Assembly (NCBI GenBank): GCA_964546395.1
Contig: CAZJJT010000001.1
Coordinates: 1 to 45,355, forward strand
Direction: 5' to 3'
Length of the DNA: 45,355 nt
DNA from: an uncultured Fibrobacterota bacterium
Lineage (GTDB): Bacteria; Fibrobacterota; Chitinivibrionia; Chitinivibrionales; CAZJJT01
A program made the position numbers and the translations under genes. The notes beneath the pieces are model-generated. The model did not search any database and was not told where the DNA came from. It saw only the letters and a list, made by a program, of their open reading frames with translations. This document shows positions 32,760 through 41,612 of this stretch, one piece after another. The stretch's first letter is position 1. Every line of letters begins with the position of its first letter.

Positions 32760-34553
32760 ATGTACGACGCCGACAGCCCACGCAGCCTCGAGAAGTACTC
32801 CTCGGCGGTCAGTCTGTCCGACATGGAGATCTTCATCTTTCCCGAGCTGATCTACGCCCTCGCTCTCGCCAACAGCGCCTCGCCTCTTGTCTGGGGCTGG
32901 CGCAATGACCCCTGGTTCCGCGGCCGCGACACCATGAACCCCTACCGGTTGCTTCAGCGTGTCAAGCAGTTCATCATGGACAACTTCTCCTTCAACCTCG
33001 ACCTCGACACGTGGGGACTCACCACCAAGCAGCGCGAACTCGCCCGCTTCGCCGATTTCGTCGACGAGGATGCGCTCGCGCAGAGCAACGCCCTCTTCGG
33101 CTATGAAGGCGACAAGTACTACTTCGACATCGATATCCGTCGCCACTTCGGACTCGACCGCTACACCACCGAGGTGATTCCGTACTGGAAGACCGAGACG
33201 GTTGAGGCGATGCATGCGTTCCGGCACAAGCCGGGCTACGTTGTCGGCGCGGGCGAGTGTGTCTCGCTCTCCACGCTCTACGCCGCGGCGCTGTTCACCG
33301 TCGGCCGTGTACCGCTCGACGACATCTACCTGCTGGCAACCCCCCTGCACTCACAGAACTTTGTGGACATGCGTGACGGGATCCTCACCAACAACCGCCG
33401 CATCGTCACGAAGGCCATGTGGTACAACGGCACCGAACTCTCGGCCAAGGCCCGCCGGGCAATCCAGAATGAACGCATCACCGTCGTGGCCCATCGCACG
33501 GGCTACGTGCATACGCTGTACCCCGAAGCCACCATGCCGCGCGATCGCTACGAACACTTCGCACAGCGCCTCCGCGCGTTCCTCAAGACAGACATCGACT
33601 ACGCGCTCCTCACCAGCTTCCTGCGTGACCGCAGTCCTGTCCAGAAATGCTTCCAGTTCGCGCACCGCTGCTGCGGCAAACCGCGGTTCATCGAGGCGGA
33701 GAAGGTGTTTGCGTACGAGCACGGGAGCAGAGCGCGCGTTGGCGACCAGACCCAGGTGGCGCTGATCCACGAAATCGACGAGGACGAGTTCTACGCATCG
33801 CCGATTGAGGGACGGATCGTCCTGGACGAACTGGAGGCGTGGCTGCGCGCCAACCGCATCTCGGCCGACTGCCGCTGCAACATCGCGGCGCTCAAGAAAC
33901 AACTCGCGCACACATGCCTGAACGTCGAGGAAGTCGCCGATGACCTGTTCGGCTTCGCCCGCATCGAGCCCCGCCTTCCGGCGACCGACAGGCAGTGGGT
34001 CGCCTCGCAGCCGGTGGATCTTGACGGCGTGTCGTCACGCGAGGAGCTGCTGGAACGCCTCGAACAGCAGCGCAGCGGTAGCGATACGGTCGACCTGGCG
34101 TTCACCGCGATGCGCGACCTGGCGCGGAGCGCCTGGAAACCGTTCATGAAAGCGGCGCTTGAGCGCAACCCGGTCTGCCTCGCCGAAAGCCGTGAGCTCG
34201 ATACCGCGCAGGCGGCCGCGAAGCTCGCGGGCATGGAGAACAGCTCGATCTACGACGGGACGCGGATGGCGCAGCCCGACGAGGTCTGGAACTACGGACG
34301 CGGTGACGGCCTCGAGAAAGCGGTCTGTCTGCTCAACATCGCCAGGCTGAAGGAGCCGGAAGGTGAGGCGGTGCTGGATGGTGACGGAGGCACGGTGGTC
34401 GTGAGAAGCAGCGGCAACGAATACCGGTTTGTCACGACCAAGGGCCTCGCACTCCCCGCGGCATCTGACTGTGAGTTCGCCTACGATCCGCAGGGCGTTC
34501 CCCTCGCACCTGCCTCGCGGCAGTCTGAACTCAACGCTTCGTTGTTCGAGTAA
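32760..34553 (+). CDS. Hypothetical 597-aa protein with a transglutaminase/papain-like Cys-His(-Asp/Asn) motif
   Basis: Only the region from the ATG at 32760 onward reads like protein; the track ORF's upstream 427 aa are antisense to the activase. The candidate catalytic core is GAGECVSLSTLYAAALFTVGRVPLDDIYLLATPLHSQNFVDMRDGILTNN. A degenerate second copy near the C-terminus, PDEVWNYGRGDGLEKAVCLLNIAR, lacks the Cys. The start codon is uncertain: no SD is visible, and an alternative Met lies at MEIFIFPE. Confidence 0.65.
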   Translation: MYDADSPRSLEKYSSAVSLSDMEIFIFPELIYALALANSASPLVWGWRNDPWFRGRDTMNPYRLLQRVKQFIMDNFSFNLDLDTWGLTTKQRELARFADFVDEDALAQSNALFGYEGDKYYFDIDIRRHFGLDRYTTEVIPYWKTETVEAMHAFRHKPGYVVGAGECVSLSTLYAAALFTVGRVPLDDIYLLATPLHSQNFVDMRDGILTNNRRIVTKAMWYNGTELSAKARRAIQNERITVVAHRTGYVHTLYPEATMPRDRYEHFAQRLRAFLKTDIDYALLTSFLRDRSPVQKCFQFAHRCCGKPRFIEAEKVFAYEHGSRARVGDQTQVALIHEIDEDEFYASPIEGRIVLDELEAWLRANRISADCRCNIAALKKQLAHTCLNVEEVADDLFGFARIEPRLPATDRQWVASQPVDLDGVSSREELLERLEQQRSGSDTVDLAFTAMRDLARSAWKPFMKAALERNPVCLAESRELDTAQAAAKLAGMENSSIYDGTRMAQPDEVWNYGRGDGLEKAVCLLNIARLKEPEGEAVLDGDGGTVVVRSSGNEYRFVTTKGLALPAASDCEFAYDPQGVPLAPASRQSELNASLFE

Positions 34554-35319
34554 CACTCACCGTGGTGCCGACGCGCAGCCCGAGCTTGCGCGCCGCACTG
34601 CCGTCATTCACCGCCACTTCGATATAGCCGGCTGAGCCTCCGACTGCCAGCGGCTTGCCCCGCGCTACTTCATCGTAGTAGAACTTCAACGGCAGGCGCC
34701 TGCCGCGCACCCGAACCACGGGGTGCTTGCCGCACACCGCCAGCGCCTCTTTCAGCAGGATGCTGCTCAGCGCATTACCGAAATGGTCGATATAGCAGAT
34801 GGTGCCGGTGATACGGTCCGCAAGCGTCCTGGCGGGTACGAACGGCCCACTGACCCACTTCTTCACTTCGGCGCCGAAGGAGTTGAGCGATGCGCCCCGC
34901 GCCATGTGAGCGGCGGCCGGAGCGAAGATGTCGCGGCCGTGGAACACCGGACTGATCCGCGAACGCTGGTAGTTAGGGTTGGTGAGTCGGCGTACCGAAG
35001 GGTGCTTGTCCAACGCAAGACACGGCGCAAGCAAGCCGTTGTCTGGTCCGACAAACACGTAGTCGCCTGCGCGCGCGATGAGGCCCAGCCGCGAAGAGCC
35101 GACACCGGGGTCGACTACCGCCACGAAGATGGTGCCCTTGGGGAATGAGCGGTAGCTCGACAGCAGCGCATATGCGCCGGCACGGATATCGCCCATCGGA
35201 ACACCGTGCGTGATATCGACGATGTCTACCCGCCCCGCAATGCCGCAGATCGCCCCCTTTACGGCCCCCACATACCAGTCCTGGTACCCAAAGTCGCTCA
35301 GTAGCGCAATCACCGCCAT
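34531..35319 (-). CDS. SAM hydroxide adenosyltransferase / SAM hydrolase family protein (DUF62)
   Basis: N-terminus is MAVIALLSDFGYQDWYVGAVKGAI. Further motifs are VDITHGVP, VAVVDPGVGS, FVGPDNGLL and FHGRDIFAP. The start lies 2 nt after the htpG stop. The 3' end overlaps the convergent orphan by 23 nt. Confidence 0.85.
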   Translation of the reverse strand: MAVIALLSDFGYQDWYVGAVKGAICGIAGRVDIVDITHGVPMGDIRAGAYALLSSYRSFPKGTIFVAVVDPGVGSSRLGLIARAGDYVFVGPDNGLLAPCLALDKHPSVRRLTNPNYQRSRISPVFHGRDIFAPAAAHMARGASLNSFGAEVKKWVSGPFVPARTLADRITGTICYIDHFGNALSSILLKEALAVCGKHPVVRVRGRRLPLKFYYDEVARGKPLAVGGSAGYIEVAVNDGSAARKLGLRVGTTVSVTRTTKR

Positions 35320-35321
35320 GC

Positions 35322-37244
35322 TCAGCTCCCGCCCTGGCCCGAGACCGCCTGGTCCGAAACTGCCAGCAGCAGACTGCTCACCCGTCTGGTGTAGGTCTGG
35401 GGGTCGGGAAGCGGTGTGCCCTCGGCAATGAGTGCCTGCTCGTACAGAAGGTGCGCCCAGTCCTCGAGCCGCTCGTCCTTCGCGTCCTTCTCGTACATCG
35501 CGTTCAGGTTGCGCAACACCGGGTGCGTACCGTTTATCTCCAGCGTTCGCTTGGCCGGTGTAAACTCCCGGTTCATCGCCTTCATCAGCCGCTCCATGTG
35601 CGCCCCCATCTCGAACTCGTCGCTCACCAGGCAGCTCAGGCTGTCGCGAAGGCGACTGCTTACACGCACCTCTTTCACCGAGTCGCCCAGGACATTCTTC
35701 ATCCGCTCGGCCAGCTTGCGCAGCTCCCCTTCCGCCTTCTGCTGCTGCTCGCGGTCCTCCTTGTCAAGCTCCCCCAGGTCAAGTCCACCCTTCGCCGCCG
35801 ACACCAGCTTGTGTTTCTCGAACTCGCCGATATCACCCACCACGAACTCGTCCACCGGATCCACCAGGAACAGCACTTCGATTCCCTTCTCCCGCAGCGC
35901 TTCCAGGTGCGGCGAACGCTCCACCAGGGCACGCGTCTCTCCCGTGATATAGAAGATGTCCTTCTGTTCCGGTTTCATCCGCTCCACGTACTGCCGCAGC
36001 GATACCAACTCGTCGGGAGTGCCCGCCGAAGACTGGAACCGCGCGAGTTCCAGCAGCGGCTCGCGGTTCTCGTGGTCACTATGCAGCCCCTCTTTCAGCA
36101 CCGCCCCGAACTGCTTCCAGAACGTCGCGTAGTCCTCCGGCTTCTGTGCCGCCAGCTCCTTGAGCTGGCCCAGCACCTTGCTCACCAGCGCCTTGCGGAT
36201 CCGCACGATAACCGCGTTCTGCTGCAGTATCTCCCGCGACACGTTCAGCGGGAGGTCCTCGGAGTCAACCACGCCGCGCACGAACCGCAGGTACTCGGGA
36301 AGCAGCTCCCTGCAGTCGTCCGTGATGAACACCCGCTTCACATACAGCTTGACGCCGTGGCGACGCTCGTAATTGAACAGGTCGAACGGCGCGTTCCCCG
36401 GAACGAAAAGCAGGGCCGCGTACTCCATCACACCCTCGGCGGCCACGTGTATCGTGTCCAGCGGCTCGTCGAACCCCCCCAACGCCTGCTGGTAAAACGA
36501 GGTGTACTGCTCCGGCGTGATATCGGCCGGCTTACGCTTCCAGATCGGCTTGGTCTCGTTCACCACCTCCTCGGCGCCCTTGTCGTTCGGAAGGTAGATA
36601 GGGAACGCGACGAAGTCCGAGTAGCGCTTGATAACCGAGCGCACCTCGAAGTCTTCGGCGTACTGGCTGCCCTCGTTGTTGAGATACACGGTGATCTCGG
36701 TGCCGGGTTCGGTGCGGTCGGTGGTACCCAACGTGTATGCGCTCTCGCCGTCCGACTCCCACACCACCGCGGGCTCGTCGCTGCCGGCCCGTTTGGTCAC
36801 CAGCTTCACCCGCGAGGCCACCATGAACGCGGAGTAGAACCCGACCCCGAACTGCCCGATCAGATTTGAGTCGGCTTTCTGGTCGCCGGTCAGCTTCTCC
36901 ACGAACGCACGGGAGCCGCTGCGCGCGATGGTGCCGATGTGGTCGATCACCTCCTGGCGGGCCATGCCGATCCCGTTGTCGGCAATCGTGAACGTTCGCG
37001 CCTTCTTGTTCAGCCGGATGCGCACCGCCAGCTCCGCGTCCTGCCTGATCGAAGGGTTGGTGAGCGACTCGAACCTCAGCCGATCAAGTGCGTCGGACGC
37101 GTTTGAGATCAGCTCGCGGATGAACACTTCCTTGTGGCTGTACAGCGAGTGTATCATCAGGTGCAGCAGCTGGCGGGCCTCGGTCTGGAACTCGAGCTTC
37201 TCGGCGTTGCCGGCGTTGGTTGGCTCTGCAGTATCTGTGGCCAT
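35322..37244 (-). CDS. htpG: Molecular chaperone HtpG (Hsp90)
   Basis: It reads LEFQTEARQLLHLMIHSLYSHKEVFIRELISNASDALDRLRF...GQFGVGFYSAFMVA, has an HtpG-typical length of 640 aa, and has GGGAGG upstream of the ATG. Confidence 0.95.
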   Translation of the reverse strand: MATDTAEPTNAGNAEKLEFQTEARQLLHLMIHSLYSHKEVFIRELISNASDALDRLRFESLTNPSIRQDAELAVRIRLNKKARTFTIADNGIGMARQEVIDHIGTIARSGSRAFVEKLTGDQKADSNLIGQFGVGFYSAFMVASRVKLVTKRAGSDEPAVVWESDGESAYTLGTTDRTEPGTEITVYLNNEGSQYAEDFEVRSVIKRYSDFVAFPIYLPNDKGAEEVVNETKPIWKRKPADITPEQYTSFYQQALGGFDEPLDTIHVAAEGVMEYAALLFVPGNAPFDLFNYERRHGVKLYVKRVFITDDCRELLPEYLRFVRGVVDSEDLPLNVSREILQQNAVIVRIRKALVSKVLGQLKELAAQKPEDYATFWKQFGAVLKEGLHSDHENREPLLELARFQSSAGTPDELVSLRQYVERMKPEQKDIFYITGETRALVERSPHLEALREKGIEVLFLVDPVDEFVVGDIGEFEKHKLVSAAKGGLDLGELDKEDREQQQKAEGELRKLAERMKNVLGDSVKEVRVSSRLRDSLSCLVSDEFEMGAHMERLMKAMNREFTPAKRTLEINGTHPVLRNLNAMYEKDAKDERLEDWAHLLYEQALIAEGTPLPDPQTYTRRVSSLLLAVSDQAVSGQGGS

Positions 37245-37302
37245 GCATGTACCTCCCGTGGTGCAGGTGTCTCACTTCACAAGCGTCGGAAAATACTCCC
37301 AG

Positions 37303-37620
37303 ATGGCGCTGCGACGAAAGCGCCGGCACCCACTATTTCGCCTGCGGCTGCTGGCGGTGTCAGCGGCAACGTCGCCGGGCGTGATGATGCTGTACAACGT
37401 GTTTGTGTACGTGATGAATCTGGCGCTTGGGGCGAACGGCATGTTCCTGATGGCGGATAGGCCGCAGCTGAGTACGGTCACGAAGATGATTGCGGTGTCC
37501 GCAGACCCCCGGCACCGTATCGTGGGGCTCTCGCTCGTGGCGGCAGTGTCGGTGGCCGTGCCCTGTCTGCCGTGTGCGCTGCGCGAGCAGTACCGGAAAC
37601 TGGGCGCCGCGCACGCGTGA
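37303..37620 (+). CDS. Possible small (105 aa) two-TM membrane protein
   Basis: This is an in-frame ATG inside track ORF 36928..37620. G/C is high at third codon positions along the whole stretch. Hydrophobic segments are VMMLYNVFVYVMNLALGANGMFLM and IVGLSLVAAVSVAVPCLPC. There is no SD and no recognisable family. Confidence 0.35.
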   Translation: MALRRKRRHPLFRLRLLAVSAATSPGVMMLYNVFVYVMNLALGANGMFLMADRPQLSTVTKMIAVSADPRHRIVGLSLVAAVSVAVPCLPCALREQYRKLGAAHA

Positions 37621-37626
37621 GCGTGA

Positions 37627-38022
37627 CTACTCCTTCGGCACCCGCTTCAGCTTCGTGCCGAAGTCAGCCACGTTGAGCGTGATCGAGAAACTGCTGAATC
37701 CGAATCGGTTCTTGAGGTGCGGCGGCAGGAAAAAATCGAGAATCATGTCCGGGTCATCGCTTCTCAAGACCTGCACCGGTTCGCACTCGATTATGTCAAG
37801 ACCGGGACGTTGGGGATAGAGCACCCGGAACACCGTTCCCGCCGGTACATCACACGTGAACGCTTCCGTCGTGCCGTCCTCCCACACCGACTCGCCCGAG
37901 ACTCGCAGTTCCTGCGCGGTCTGAATCTCATCGCCCTTCTGCAGAGCATCCGAGCCACACCCGGCAAGCCACAGCACGCACGCCACACCCGCCACTGCAA
38001 TACCACCGCCCACGACTCTCAT
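37627..38022 (-). CDS. Hypothetical lipoprotein
   Basis: GGAGG lies upstream. The lipobox is in MRVVGGGIAVAGVACVLWLAGCGS. 131 aa with no recognisable family. Confidence 0.6.
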   Translation of the reverse strand: MRVVGGGIAVAGVACVLWLAGCGSDALQKGDEIQTAQELRVSGESVWEDGTTEAFTCDVPAGTVFRVLYPQRPGLDIIECEPVQVLRSDDPDMILDFFLPPHLKNRFGFSSFSITLNVADFGTKLKRVPKE

Positions 38023-38174
38023 GGTACACCTCCGCCCCGCATTGGGGGATTGCGTTCACGAGCACACGCACTACCCTGCATCACGCCCCATAACATAGAA
38101 AATGGCGCGGGTGGTGCGCTACCGGTGGTCACAGCACCAGTATATTCCGCTCGCGCAATCATGGAGACTTACCC

Positions 38175-39167
38175 GTGCCCCGACTCACCATCCGCACCCT
38201 CACGCTCGCCCCACCCCTGCTGTGCGCACCCATGGCAGGAATCACCCACAGCGCGTTCCGGCGCCTGGTTGCCGGATTCGGGGGATGTGGCGCTCTCTAC
38301 ACCGAGATGCTCTCGGCCCGAAGCTTGCCGTGCGAGAACCCCCAGACATCCCCGTTCCTGCGTCGCCGCCCCGGTGAGCCACCCACGGTCTACCAGCTGC
38401 TGCTGTGCGCGCCCGAACACGCGGCCCCGGCAGTGGCGCGCCTGCGCGAGATCGCACCCGATGCCCTGGATCTGAACCTGGGCTGCCCCGCACCCGAGAT
38501 CCGCACGATGGGGGGCGGGGCGGCACTGTGGCGCGACCTGCCGCGGCTCGAGCACGTGCTCGGGGCGCTGCGCGAGACCTGGGACGGAGTCTTGCTTGTC
38601 AAGTGCCGCCTCGGCGACCCGTCCGACACCTGGCGCGCGGCGTTCGTGGAACGCCTGGAGCTGTTCGACCGCCACCGCGTCGACTGCCTCGTGGTGCACC
38701 CGCGGTTCAGCAACGAGAAGCTCAAACGCCGCGCGCGCTGGGAGGAGTTCGCCTGGATCAGGCAGCAGACTTCACTGCCGCTCATCGGCAACGGCGACAT
38801 CGACAGCCCCGCGTGCCTCGCGAAGCTCAGAGCGGCTCACCCCGGGGTGAACGCCTGGATGCTGGGACGTATTGCGGCCGTGCGGCCGTGGATATTCGCC
38901 GAATGCGCGGGGCTCAGCGTCGCGGTCGACCCGGCCGAAGTGTGGGCACGCATGGTGCGCTGCGTTGATGAAGACTTCGCCGGACCCCGCCGCCTCGGCC
39001 GCATCAAGGAATTCACCGAGTTCTACAGCCGCAACTTCGCCTTCGGACACGACCTGTTCCGCGCGGTGCAGTCAGCAACCTCACCAGCGCAGGCGGCCGA
39101 GCGGGCGTCACGGTTCTTCAAACGGCCACGGGAGCTTCTGAAAACGCCATCTATCGCGTCGCTCTGA
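38175..39167 (+). CDS. tRNA-dihydrouridine synthase
   Basis: GTG start with GGAG 8 nt upstream. Motifs are LLCAPMAGITHSAFRRL, LDLNLGCPAPEI, LLVKCRLG, LVVHPRF and PLIGNGDI. Confidence 0.85.
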   Translation: MPRLTIRTLTLAPPLLCAPMAGITHSAFRRLVAGFGGCGALYTEMLSARSLPCENPQTSPFLRRRPGEPPTVYQLLLCAPEHAAPAVARLREIAPDALDLNLGCPAPEIRTMGGGAALWRDLPRLEHVLGALRETWDGVLLVKCRLGDPSDTWRAAFVERLELFDRHRVDCLVVHPRFSNEKLKRRARWEEFAWIRQQTSLPLIGNGDIDSPACLAKLRAAHPGVNAWMLGRIAAVRPWIFAECAGLSVAVDPAEVWARMVRCVDEDFAGPRRLGRIKEFTEFYSRNFAFGHDLFRAVQSATSPAQAAERASRFFKRPRELLKTPSIASL

Positions 39168-39413
39168 GGTGCTCCGGCTGTTGCGCCAGCGACAGCAGCG
39201 GAAATGAGCACGAGGTGTGGGCCACGGTGTGGGTGGCCCATGTGCGCATTGAAGCGTATGGCGCGGTGCTCGCACCCGCGAGCAGGCGCCCACATCTGCC
39301 CGGTATTTCATGCACATGCAGTCATGATACGTCGACTCGAAACGGTCAACCGCATTGCCCGGTTGTTATTTTTCTTCCCTGACAACTATCACCAATCGGG
39401 AGTCTTGCTGTCC

Positions 39414-40382
39414 ATGCGTATTCTCTCAGGTATCAAGCCCTCCGGCGTCATCCATGTCGGCAACTACTTCGGGATGATCCGGCCGATGGTCGAGTCGCAG
39501 AGCCGCGGCACGCTCCTCTGCTTCATCGCCAACCTCCACAGCCAGACCACGGTCAGCGACCCTGCTGTGCTGCAGCAACTCACCGCCGATGCGGTCATGG
39601 ATCTCGTCGCGCTCGGCATCGACCCCGAGAGATCGCTCCTGTGGGTGCAGTCCGACGTGCCCGAGGTTACCGAACTCACCTGGTATCTCAACAACGTGAC
39701 TCCGGTCGGCCTGCTGCAGCGCTGCCACGCATACAAGGACGCGGTTGACAAGGGTCGCCCCGCCAACGCCGGGCTGTTCAACTACCCGGTCCTTATGGCC
39801 GCCGACATTCTGCTGTACCAGTCGAACGTGGTCCCGGTCGGCCAGGACCAGAAACAGCACGTCGAGGTCACGCGCGATATCGCGATCAAATTCAACCAGG
39901 CCTACGGCGAGGTGTTCACGGTCCCCGACGTCGAAATCCGCGAGGATGTCGCCATCGTGCCGGGGCTCGACGGGCAGAAGATGTCGAAGAGCTACGACAA
40001 TATCCTGGAAATCTTCGGCCCGGAGAAGCAGCTGCGCAAGAAAGTCATGGGCATCGTTACCGACTCCACCCCGGTCGAAACCCCCAAGGATCCCGACCAG
40101 AGCATCCCCTACGTGCTCTACAAACTCTTCGCGGCGCCCGCGCAAGCCGAGCAACTCGCGGCACGCTACCGCGCCGGCGGCATGGGCTACGGCGACGCCA
40201 AGAAGACGCTGTTCGAGGCCTACTGGGAGTTCTTCCGCGAACACCGTGCGCGCCGCGATGAACTGGTGAAAGACCCGGGACTGGTGCGCGAACTGCGGCT
40301 GAAGGGCGCGGCGAAGGCCCGCGAGATGGCGGCTGAGACCTTGACAAAGGTGAGAGAGCTGGTCGGGACGGCCTTCACGTAG
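39414..40382 (+). CDS. trpS: Tryptophan--tRNA ligase
   Basis: Trimmed to the ATG at 39414. It reads MRILSGIKPSGVIHVGNYFG (HIGH-type motif), then VPVGQDQKQHVE and the KMSKS motif (GQKMSKSYDN). Confidence 0.9.
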   Translation: MRILSGIKPSGVIHVGNYFGMIRPMVESQSRGTLLCFIANLHSQTTVSDPAVLQQLTADAVMDLVALGIDPERSLLWVQSDVPEVTELTWYLNNVTPVGLLQRCHAYKDAVDKGRPANAGLFNYPVLMAADILLYQSNVVPVGQDQKQHVEVTRDIAIKFNQAYGEVFTVPDVEIREDVAIVPGLDGQKMSKSYDNILEIFGPEKQLRKKVMGIVTDSTPVETPKDPDQSIPYVLYKLFAAPAQAEQLAARYRAGGMGYGDAKKTLFEAYWEFFREHRARRDELVKDPGLVRELRLKGAAKAREMAAETLTKVRELVGTAFT

Positions 40383-40458
40383 AGCAGGGGTGGCGTTTGG
40401 GCGGCCGCCCGCGGCGGGTCGCCTCAGGGGCGACCGCGGTCGCCGGGCCCTCCACGGC

Positions 40459-40490
40459 AATGCCGGCACACAACGCCGGCATTTCTGTTG
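40459..40490 (+). terminator. Hairpin terminator downstream of trpS, between convergent trpS and aroB
   Basis: Stem aatgccggc (40459-40467), loop acacaac, stem gccggcatt (40475-40483), then tctgttg. A second 7-bp hairpin lies at 40417-40435 (ggtcgcc/ggcgacc). Confidence 0.5.
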
Positions 40491-40514
40491 CGATCCCTGC
40501 CGCAACAGCACCGC

Positions 40515-41612
40515 CTATTTCAGTACTGCTTCCAGGGTCGCCAGCACGGCCTCGGGTGGCACCTCTCCGCGCACCACCGACTCACCCGGCGCGGCAGGAA
40601 GCACGAAACGCAGCGCGCCCTTCCGTGCCTTCTTGTCCGATGCCATCGCGGTCACCAGGGCCTGCGGATCGGGCACAGCAGGAAGCTTCGGCAGGGGCAG
40701 CTTGGCGAGAAGCGCATCGTAGTCCGAGGCGGCCGAGGACGGTACCGTGCCCGCGCGCTTGCCAAGATCGCAGGCACAGGCGATGCCCCACAGCACCGCT
40801 TCACCGTGCAGGATCCGCTCGTACCCCAGCGTCACCTCGAGTGCGTGCGCGAACGTGTGCCCGAAGTTCAGCAGTGCGCGCTTCCCGCTCGTCTCACGCT
40901 CGTCCGCCTCAACCACGGCTGCCTTCACACGGATGCTCTTCTCGATGGCGCGCGCAAGCTCGGCGGGTTGGGCCCCGAGAATCCGCTCGTGTGCCTCCCC
41001 GATATAGTCGAACATGCCGCGCCCGCCGATACACGCATTCTTGAACACTTCCGCATACCCGGCCACGAACTGGCGCCTGTCAAGCGTACGCAGGAACGCC
41101 GTATCCACCCACACCATGGACGGCTGGTGGAACGCACCCACCAGGTTCTTTCCCATCGCGTGGTCCACGCCGGTCTTGCCGCCCACACTCGAGTCCACCA
41201 TCGCCAGCAGCGTGGTCGGCACCTGCACGAAATCCACCCCGCGCAGGAACGCTGCCGCCGCAAACCCGGTGATATCTCCCACCACCCCGCCGCCGAACGC
41301 AATCACCACGGTGTCTCGCCCCAGTCGCTCCTCCAGCAGCCTGTCGAGAACGCCCTGCCACGTCGCAAGCGTCTTGTACTGCTCGCCGTCCGGCATCGCG
41401 TGCACCACCCGCACGCCCAGTGCCTCCCGCCACACCGCAATCTGCTCCCCGTAGAGCTTCGCCAGCGTCGTGTTGGTCACCAGCGCGTACGGCCGGTTCC
41501 CACACACCTCCCGAAGGCGCGCCGGGAACTCGCCCGAGGCCCCGTGCCCCAGGTGTACCGGGTACGATCGCTCACCCAGGTTGATATCCATCCTGACGCC
41601 GCCATCCATCAT
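40515..41612 (-). CDS. aroB: 3-dehydroquinate synthase
   Basis: Motifs are GGGVVGDITGFAAAAFLRGVDFVQVPTTLLAMVDSSVGGKTGVDH, LNFGHTFAHALE and HGEAVLWG. The start ATG shares one nucleotide with the aroA stop (TGATG), and GGAGG lies just upstream. Confidence 0.9.
   Translation of the reverse strand: MMDGGVRMDINLGERSYPVHLGHGASGEFPARLREVCGNRPYALVTNTTLAKLYGEQIAVWREALGVRVVHAMPDGEQYKTLATWQGVLDRLLEERLGRDTVVIAFGGGVVGDITGFAAAAFLRGVDFVQVPTTLLAMVDSSVGGKTGVDHAMGKNLVGAFHQPSMVWVDTAFLRTLDRRQFVAGYAEVFKNACIGGRGMFDYIGEAHERILGAQPAELARAIEKSIRVKAAVVEADERETSGKRALLNFGHTFAHALEVTLGYERILHGEAVLWGIACACDLGKRAGTVPSSAASDYDALLAKLPLPKLPAVPDPQALVTAMASDKKARKGALRFVLPAAPGESVVRGEVPPEAVLATLEAVLK

Noticed and set aside
32640-33350. 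N-terminal 237 aa of the 1674-aa track ORF (activase gene)
   Set aside because: This part is antisense to the well-behaved orphan CDS and reads as Val/Glu/Gly/Arg-rich filler. The activase ATPase fold begins exactly at MRTLGICVGAS, which is preceded by an SD sequence.
37245-37302. Sigma-32 promoter or CIRCE element upstream of htpG
   Set aside because: CTTGTGAA-N14-CCACGGGA is only a partial match and its -10 element would overlap the RBS. No TTAGCACTC-N9-GAGTGCTAA inverted repeat is present.
39204-39413. T-box riboswitch, or an N-terminal extension of TrpS
   Set aside because: The extension is Cys/Arg-rich and absent from TrpS proteins. Only a GGGTGG fragment resembles the T-box sequence, and it lies ~110 nt from the candidate terminator. 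I could not find a specifier-loop/antiterminator arrangement.
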